From NCBI GenBank assembly GCA_037131555.1, contig JBAXQU010000004.1:365-64364 (forward strand): DNA of 64,000 nucleotides, read 5' to 3'. How positions within the stretch are numbered: position 1 is the first letter of the stretch; each line of letters opens with the position of its first letter. A model generated the notes under the pieces. That model saw only the letters and a list, made by a program, of their open reading frames with translations. It ran no database searches and was not told where the DNA came from. The translations under genes were made by a program, and so were the position numbers. The stretch comes from Bacteroidota bacterium. GTDB lineage: Bacteria; Bacteroidota; Bacteroidia; 2-12-FULL-35-15. Below, piece after piece: positions 58,021 to 64,000 of the stretch.

Positions 58021-60573
58021 TTATTCAACCGTATCGGGAGCAGATCCTTCATTTGATTCTTCAGAGTTGTTTAACTCATTATTTTCTGTTCCATCAAAAG
58101 TTGCATCAGTTGAATCCTCTCCAATTACTTCCTCTTCCCTATCTACTTTAGTAACAGCTGCTATCTCATCAGTTGCTTTCAAGTTGATAAGTCTTACTCC
58201 TTGAGTAGCACGACCAATTACGCGTAAATCAGCCACAGCTAAACGAATGATAATACCAGATTTATTGATTATCATCAAGTCATCTTTATCCATCACAGCT
58301 TTAATAGCAATAAGGTTGCCAGTTTTCTCAGTAACGTTAATGGTTTTAACACCTTTCCCACCGCGTTTGGTAACTCTGTATTCTTCTAAGTCAGAACGTT
58401 TACCATAGCCTTTTTCTGAAACAACCATTACATTGCTTAGTTGATCAGCCATTGCTATCATTCCTATTACTTCGTTGCCTTTATCGCTAACGTTTTGTCC
58501 TCTAACACCAGCTGCATTTCTTCCCATTGCACGAACATTGGACTCGTTGAATCGAACGAGTTTTCCTCTTTTCGAAGCGAGCATAATCTCATTAGTCCCA
58601 TTGGTCAATAATGCTTCTAACAAAGTATCGCCTTCACGAACGATGATTGCATTGATACCATTTGCGCGAGGATTTGAATAAGCCTTCAATGTTGTTTTTT
58701 TGATGATCCCATTTTTAGTACACATTATAATGAAGTTATTATTCAAATATTCTTCATCTTTCAAATCTTTAACATTGATGTAGGCTTTTACTTTATCATC
58801 ACTTGGAATGTTTATTAAGTTTTGGATAGCACGACCTTTTGAAGTACGAGTACCTTCAGGAACTTCGAACGCTCGCATCCAGAAACAACGACCTTGTTCG
58901 GTAAACAATAATAAATAGTTATGGGTGGAGGCTACAAATAAATGTTCGATGAAATCCTCATCTCTAGTAGTACTTCCTTTGGATCCTTTACCTCCTCTGT
59001 TTTGTGTACGGTATTCGGTTAGAGGTGTACGTTTAATATAACCCAAGTGAGAAATAGTAACAACTACATCTTCATCCGCTATCATATCTTCCATTCTGAA
59101 ATCTCCAGAAGCAAACACAATATCAGTTTTGCGTTCGTCACCGTATTTATCTTTTATCTCGATTAATTCATCCTTAATGATTTTCATTCTTAAGCCTTCG
59201 TCCACTAAAACTGACTTCAAATAATCAATCAATTTCATTAACTCTTCGAATTCTGCTTTTATTTTATCTCGTTCAAGTCCTGTTAAAACACGCAAACGCA
59301 TTTCTAGAATAGCTTTAGCTTGAATTTCGCTTAAGCCAAAATTTGACATCAATCCATCTTGAGCCTCACTAGGTGTAGCCGACTCGCGTATTAACTTAAT
59401 TACTTCATCAAGATGATCAAGCGCGATTAGATAACCTTCAAGAATATGGGCACGTTTTTCAGCTTGAGATAATTCGTATTTTGTTCTACGAATAACCACT
59501 TCGTGACGAAATTCAACGAAATGATGAATCATATCTTTTATGTTCAACATCATCGGACGACCATGCACCAATGCAATATTGTTTACACTGAAAGATGTTT
59601 GCAGCTCAGTATATTTGAATAGATTATTAAGTACAACATTGGTGATTGCATCACGTTTAATTTCGTAAACAATTCGCATACCATCTCTATCTGATTCATC
59701 ACGTATATCAGAAATTCCTTCTATTTTCTTTTCATTAATCAAATCAGCAGTTTTTCTAATCATTTCTGCTTTATTGATTTGATATGGAATTTCATTAACG
59801 ATAATTCTTTCTCTGCCAGAGTCAGTAACTTCCACATTTGTTTTAGCTCGCATTACTATTCTTCCTCGGCCAGTTTCAAAAGCATCCTTAACGCCTTCAT
59901 AACCATAAATCGTTCCGCCTGTAGGGAAATCGGGTGCTTTTACGTAATGCATTAAACCAGCGATATCAATTTCTCTATTATCAATAAATGCGATAGTTGC
60001 ATTAACTATCTCGGTTAAATTGTGAGGAGGCATATTTGTTGCCATACCAACTGCAATACCCGAGGCACCGTTTATCAATAAATTAGGAATGCGAGAAGGC
60101 AGAACGGTTGGTTCTGTTAAACTATCATCAAAGTTGGGCCTGAAATCAACGGTATTTTTTTCAATATCGTTCAACATCTCTTCAGCAATTTTTTTCAATC
60201 TAGCTTCCGTATAACGCATTGCTGCAGGACTATCTCCATCAACAGAGCCAAAGTTTCCTTGCCCATCTACCAAAGGATAACGTAAACTCCACTCTTGAGC
60301 CATACGTACCATAGCATCGTAAACAGAAGTATCACCATGAGGATGGTACTTTCCAAGAACCTCTCCAACGATACGAGCTGATTTTTTATAAGGACGGTTT
60401 GAAAGCACACCTAAATCAAGCATACCATATAATACTCTACGGTGTACAGGTTTCAATCCGTCTCTAACATCAGGTAACGCACGCGATACAATAACCGACA
60501 TTGAATAATCAATGTAAGCTGATTTCATCTCTTCTTCGATGTTAATTTGAATAATTTTTTCTCCGTCTGCCAT
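58021..60573 (-). CDS. gyrA: DNA gyrase subunit A.
   Basis: N-terminal region [31 protein letters not shown] with an active-site Tyr context. A C-terminal beta-pinwheel repeat region and an acidic tail. Confidence 0.95.
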   Translation of the reverse strand: MADGEKIIQINIEEEMKSAYIDYSMSVIVSRALPDVRDGLKPVHRRVLYGMLDLGVLSNRPYKKSARIVGEVLGKYHPHGDTSVYDAMVRMAQEWSLRYPLVDGQGNFGSVDGDSPAAMRYTEARLKKIAEEMLNDIEKNTVDFRPNFDDSLTEPTVLPSRIPNLLINGASGIAVGMATNMPPHNLTEIVNATIAFIDNREIDIAGLMHYVKAPDFPTGGTIYGYEGVKDAFETGRGRIVMRAKTNVEVTDSGRERIIVNEIPYQINKAEMIRKTADLINEKKIEGISDIRDESDRDGMRIVYEIKRDAITNVVLNNLFKYTELQTSFSVNNIALVHGRPMMLNIKDMIHHFVEFRHEVVIRRTKYELSQAEKRAHILEGYLIALDHLDEVIKLIRESATPSEAQDGLMSNFGLSEIQAKAILEMRLRVLTGLERDKIKAEFEELMKLIDYLKSVLVDEGLRMKIIKDELIEIKDKYGDERKTDIVFASGDFRMEDMIADEDVVVTISHLGYIKRTPLTEYRTQNRGGKGSKGSTTRDEDFIEHLFVASTHNYLLLFTEQGRCFWMRAFEVPEGTRTSKGRAIQNLINIPSDDKVKAYINVKDLKDEEYLNNNFIIMCTKNGIIKKTTLKAYSNPRANGINAIIVREGDTLLEALLTNGTNEIMLASKRGKLVRFNESNVRAMGRNAAGVRGQNVSDKGNEVIGMIAMADQLSNVMVVSEKGYGKRSDLEEYRVTKRGGKGVKTINVTEKTGNLIAIKAVMDKDDLMIINKSGIIIRLAVADLRVIGRATQGVRLINLKATDEIAAVTKVDREEEVIGEDSTDATFDGTENNELNNSEESNEGSAPDTVE

Positions 60574-60893
60574 AATTTCTGTTTTCTTTTATTTTAAGTC
60601 TATTTAATATTTTTTAAAATGATATTTTGTCATAAAATTTATTTAGCACAGTTATTGATAACATGGCTTAAATTTTAGGAGTGTGAAGATACTTAATTAT
60701 GAGGAGTTGGAGCAAAAAAAAACAATAATTATTAACATATTAACAGATTTTGTGTTAATAAATTTTATATTCTTATTCATTCATTATTAATATGCGGAAT
60801 TACCTTTGATTCGAATCTTGAAAAGGTTAATTTTGCTCACAATTTGAAACCCTATTAAGATGTTAAACGTATAAACTAAGAAAAAGAAATATT

Positions 60894-63446
60894 ATGGAAG
60901 CTAAATTTTCACCGAGAGTTAAAGACGTAATCACATTCAGTCGCGAAGAAGCATTGCGCCTTGGTCATGATTACATTGGTACAGAACATTTATTACTTGG
61001 CATCATTCGTGAAGGAGAAGGAACAGCGATTCGTTTACTAAAGGTTTTAAATGTGGACTTGCAAGAATTAAGAAAGAATGTTGAACAAGTAATAGGAATA
61101 GGTAGTCACAAGGTAAGTAATTTGGCAAATATCCCTTTAGTAAAACAAGCTGAAAGAGCTTTGAAGATTACTTATTTGGAAGCCAAGTTATTTAAAAGTC
61201 CTGTTATTGGTACTGAACACCTATTATTATCCATTTTAAAAGATCCAGATAATGTTGCTACAAAGGCTTTGCAGCATTTTAAGGTGAATTATGATGTGTT
61301 TAAAAATGAGTTAGATCTCACCAAAACTGACCCTAAAGCAGAATTTCCTAGCAATCCTTCTGATGAGGAGGGCGATGAGGATAATTTTAATTCAGGAAGT
61401 AGCAGTTCGAAAAAACCTGTGGATAGCAAATCGAAAACGCCTGTTCTTGATAATTTCGGTCGTGATTTAACCAAGGCAGCTGAAGAAGGTAAACTAGATC
61501 CTATTGTTGGAAGAGAAAAGGAAATAGAGCGAGTATCACAAATTTTATCACGTAGAAAAAAGAATAATCCTATTCTAATTGGAGAGCCAGGAGTTGGGAA
61601 ATCAGCTATTGCAGAGGGATTGGCATTGCGTATCGTCCAACGAAAAGTCTCTCGTGTACTATTTGGAAAAAGAGTTGTGACATTAGATTTGGCTTCTTTG
61701 GTGGCTGGTACAAAGTACAGAGGGCAGTTCGAAGAGCGCATGAAGGCGGTGATGAATGAACTTGAAAAGTCTCCAGATGTTATTTTATTTATTGATGAGA
61801 TTCACACGATTATTGGTGCTGGAGGAGCTTCTGGGTCTTTGGATGCTTCAAATATGTTCAAACCAGCCTTGGCTAGAGGGGAAATACAATGTATTGGAGC
61901 AACCACTCTTGATGAGTACCGTCAATATATTGAAAAAGATGGTGCTTTAGAGAGACGTTTTCAAAAGGTAATTGTTGAGCCTTCTACACCTGAAGAAACA
62001 ATACAAATTCTAAATAACATCAAATCGAAATACGAAGACCATCATAATGTAACTTATACAGATGATGCCATAAAGGCATGTGTTGCTCTTACAGCACGAT
62101 ATATTACAGATCGACATTTGCCTGATAAAGCAATTGATGCGTTGGATGAAGCAGGTTCTCGAGTTCATATTACAAATATCAATGTCCCTAAGAACATCGA
62201 AGAAATTGAAAAGAAATTAGAAGATATTAAAGAAGAAAAAAACAAAGTTGTGCGCTCACAAAAATATGAAGAGGCTGCTCGACTAAGAGATACGGAACGA
62301 ACCTTACTTGAACAATTAGAAATTGCTAAAAAGCAATGGGAAGAAGACAGTAAGAATCATCGTCAGGTTGTTTCTGAAGACAATGTTGCTGAAGTAATCG
62401 CAATGATGACTGGTGTACCTGTTCAAAGAATAGCTCAACAAGAAGGTGATAAATTAATCAAAATGGCAGAATTGCTTCAAGGGAAAGTGATTGGTCAAGA
62501 TGATGCAGTGAAGAGAGTAGTAAAGGCTATTCAAAGGAACAGAGCAGGTTTAAAAGATCCAAATAAACCGATAGGTTCATTCATTTTCCTTGGACCTACT
62601 GGAGTGGGTAAAACGCAACTTGCAAAAATATTGTCAAAGTATTTATTTGATAATGATGATGCATTGATAAGGATTGATATGAGTGAATATATGGAGAAAT
62701 TTGCCGTTTCAAGATTAATAGGAGCTCCTCCAGGATACGTTGGTTATGAAGAAGGTGGCCAATTAACTGAGAAAGTTAGACGAAGACCATATGCAGTAAT
62801 CTTGCTTGACGAGATTGAAAAAGCTCATCCAGATGTTTTTAATTTGCTTTTGCAAGCTTTAGATGATGGGCAAATGACTGATAGTTTGGGTCGAAAAATA
62901 GATTTTAAAAACACTATTATCATAATGACTTCTAATATTGGTTCACGCCAATTGAAAGAATTCGGACAAGGAGTTGGCTTTAGTACGAATGCAAAAAAAG
63001 AATTGGAAGATGAACATTCGAGAGGAGTGATTGAAGGAGCTTTGAAGAAAGCCTTTGCTCCAGAGTTCTTGAATAGAATTGACGATGTAATTGTATTTAA
63101 TTCGTTATCACGTGAGGATATTCATAGGATAATCGATATTGAATTAAACAGCTTGTATGGGCGAATCATTGGAATGGGATATAGTATAAAAATTTCAGAG
63201 GAAGCAAAGGATTTTATTTCTGAGAAAGGATATGACGTTCAGTTTGGTGCAAGACCGTTGAAACGAGCTATACAAAAGTATCTCGAAGATCCTTTGGCAG
63301 AGGAAATAGTTAAATCTAATTTGAGTGAAGGTGACGTTATTGATGTTGTTTTTGAAAAGGAAACACAAGAAATAAAAATAAAGATAGTAAAACCTTCCAA
63401 AGAAATAAAAGAACCAAAAACCAAAAAGACAAAAAAAGAAGAATAA
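60894..63446 (+). CDS. clpC: Clp ATPase ClpC (Hsp100 class III; two AAA+ modules plus a UVR motif).
   Basis: Two Clp_N repeats. Walker A in D1 (GEPGVGKS) and in D2 (GPTGVGKT). UVR-like linker ([12 protein letters not shown]). ClpB/C signature motifs. Confidence 0.9.
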   Translation: MEAKFSPRVKDVITFSREEALRLGHDYIGTEHLLLGIIREGEGTAIRLLKVLNVDLQELRKNVEQVIGIGSHKVSNLANIPLVKQAERALKITYLEAKLFKSPVIGTEHLLLSILKDPDNVATKALQHFKVNYDVFKNELDLTKTDPKAEFPSNPSDEEGDEDNFNSGSSSSKKPVDSKSKTPVLDNFGRDLTKAAEEGKLDPIVGREKEIERVSQILSRRKKNNPILIGEPGVGKSAIAEGLALRIVQRKVSRVLFGKRVVTLDLASLVAGTKYRGQFEERMKAVMNELEKSPDVILFIDEIHTIIGAGGASGSLDASNMFKPALARGEIQCIGATTLDEYRQYIEKDGALERRFQKVIVEPSTPEETIQILNNIKSKYEDHHNVTYTDDAIKACVALTARYITDRHLPDKAIDALDEAGSRVHITNINVPKNIEEIEKKLEDIKEEKNKVVRSQKYEEAARLRDTERTLLEQLEIAKKQWEEDSKNHRQVVSEDNVAEVIAMMTGVPVQRIAQQEGDKLIKMAELLQGKVIGQDDAVKRVVKAIQRNRAGLKDPNKPIGSFIFLGPTGVGKTQLAKILSKYLFDNDDALIRIDMSEYMEKFAVSRLIGAPPGYVGYEEGGQLTEKVRRRPYAVILLDEIEKAHPDVFNLLLQALDDGQMTDSLGRKIDFKNTIIIMTSNIGSRQLKEFGQGVGFSTNAKKELEDEHSRGVIEGALKKAFAPEFLNRIDDVIVFNSLSREDIHRIIDIELNSLYGRIIGMGYSIKISEEAKDFISEKGYDVQFGARPLKRAIQKYLEDPLAEEIVKSNLSEGDVIDVVFEKETQEIKIKIVKPSKEIKEPKTKKTKKEE

Positions 63447-63450
63447 AAAA

Positions 63451-63477
63451 GGGGAACTAATTAGTTCCCCTTTTTTT
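63451..63477. terminator. Bidirectional rho-independent terminator between the convergent clpC and PepSY-like genes.
   Basis: GGGGAACTA ATT AGTTCCCC followed by TTTTTTT, with an A-run on the other side. Confidence 0.65.
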
Positions 63478-63964
63478 ATTTCTTCCCTTTTGCGGGAGTT
63501 TCGTCTTCCTTCTCAATCAAATCCTTTTTTAGGGTTTCACCTTTTTCTGAGAGCATCATGTAGTATGTGTTTTCTCCTTTTTCAACTTCTAGTTTATAAA
63601 ACAAGTCTTTGTCTTTTGATTCAACTTTTTCAACGTCATCAATCTTATACATACTTAATAAAGTTCCAAAATGCTTAGATAATGAATCCTTTATTTCCTT
63701 TGGTAATTCAGACGATTTAATAAAGTGGTGAGTTTCTAACCAATTTCCATCCTTATCAAATAAGGCTGACATATCAGTGTTCAAGAAGTTAAATTCTGCT
63801 TCATAATTTTCATAATCCAATTGCCATTTTACTTTTTGAGCGGTGGAGTACTTATGTGTGAATGTTGATTTGACTTCTACAGGGACGTTATCCGCAGAGA
63901 TTTTCTGAGCGATTATATTGGTGCCAAACAATATTCCAATAGAAAAGAGTACAATTTTTTTCAT
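63476..63964 (-). CDS. PepSY-like (putative beta-lactamase-inhibitor-like) exported protein.
   Basis: Signal peptide. Two roughly 60-aa repeats with the W-x-x-D/E pattern typical of the Bacteroidota PepSY-like family. Confidence 0.45.
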   Translation of the reverse strand: MKKIVLFSIGILFGTNIIAQKISADNVPVEVKSTFTHKYSTAQKVKWQLDYENYEAEFNFLNTDMSALFDKDGNWLETHHFIKSSELPKEIKDSLSKHFGTLLSMYKIDDVEKVESKDKDLFYKLEVEKGENTYYMMLSEKGETLKKDLIEKEDETPAKGKK

Positions 63965-64000
63965 GATTTTTAATTTTATGAACGTAAAGGTAGGACTTTT

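Overview
This window looks like a chromosomal segment from a low-GC Bacteroidota genome (Flavobacteriia- or Sphingobacteriia-like), with no obvious prophage, CRISPR array or classical defense island. The evidence for the phylum is fourfold: (1) four proteins end in Por/T9SS C-terminal sorting domains; (2) there are many FKBP lipoproteins; (3) TAnnTTTG -7 promoter boxes occur upstream of several genes; (4) most genes lack an obvious Shine-Dalgarno sequence. The right end carries core housekeeping genes: fumarylacetoacetase, recA, bcp, nth, gyrA and clpC. The left end carries copper-handling genes: a YHS protein, SCO1/SenC, and further downstream a CopA P-type ATPase fused into a tight cluster with glycan-biosynthesis genes. 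The middle holds several accessory-looking modules. One is a membrane transglutaminase-like protein, a MoxR AAA+ ATPase and a 680-aa exported protein of unknown function, packed as one operon with no DUF58/vWA partner. A second is a histidine kinase plus a response regulator carrying a PP2C phosphatase. A third is a small secreted protein made of six perfect 17-aa repeats. A fourth is four tandem FKBP isomerase paralogs, one of them a triple-FKBP fusion. A fifth is a PseB/PseC-like amino-sugar locus containing a Maf/DUF115-like putative glycosyltransferase. One tRNA-His(GTG) was found. A striking property of the window is at least six unrelated tandem-repeat arrays (7, 21, 22, 42, 45 and 51 bp units), mostly intergenic, plus a roughly 35-bp motif conserved at two intergenic loci. 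All functional calls come from motif and architecture recognition by eye and are not backed by database searches.
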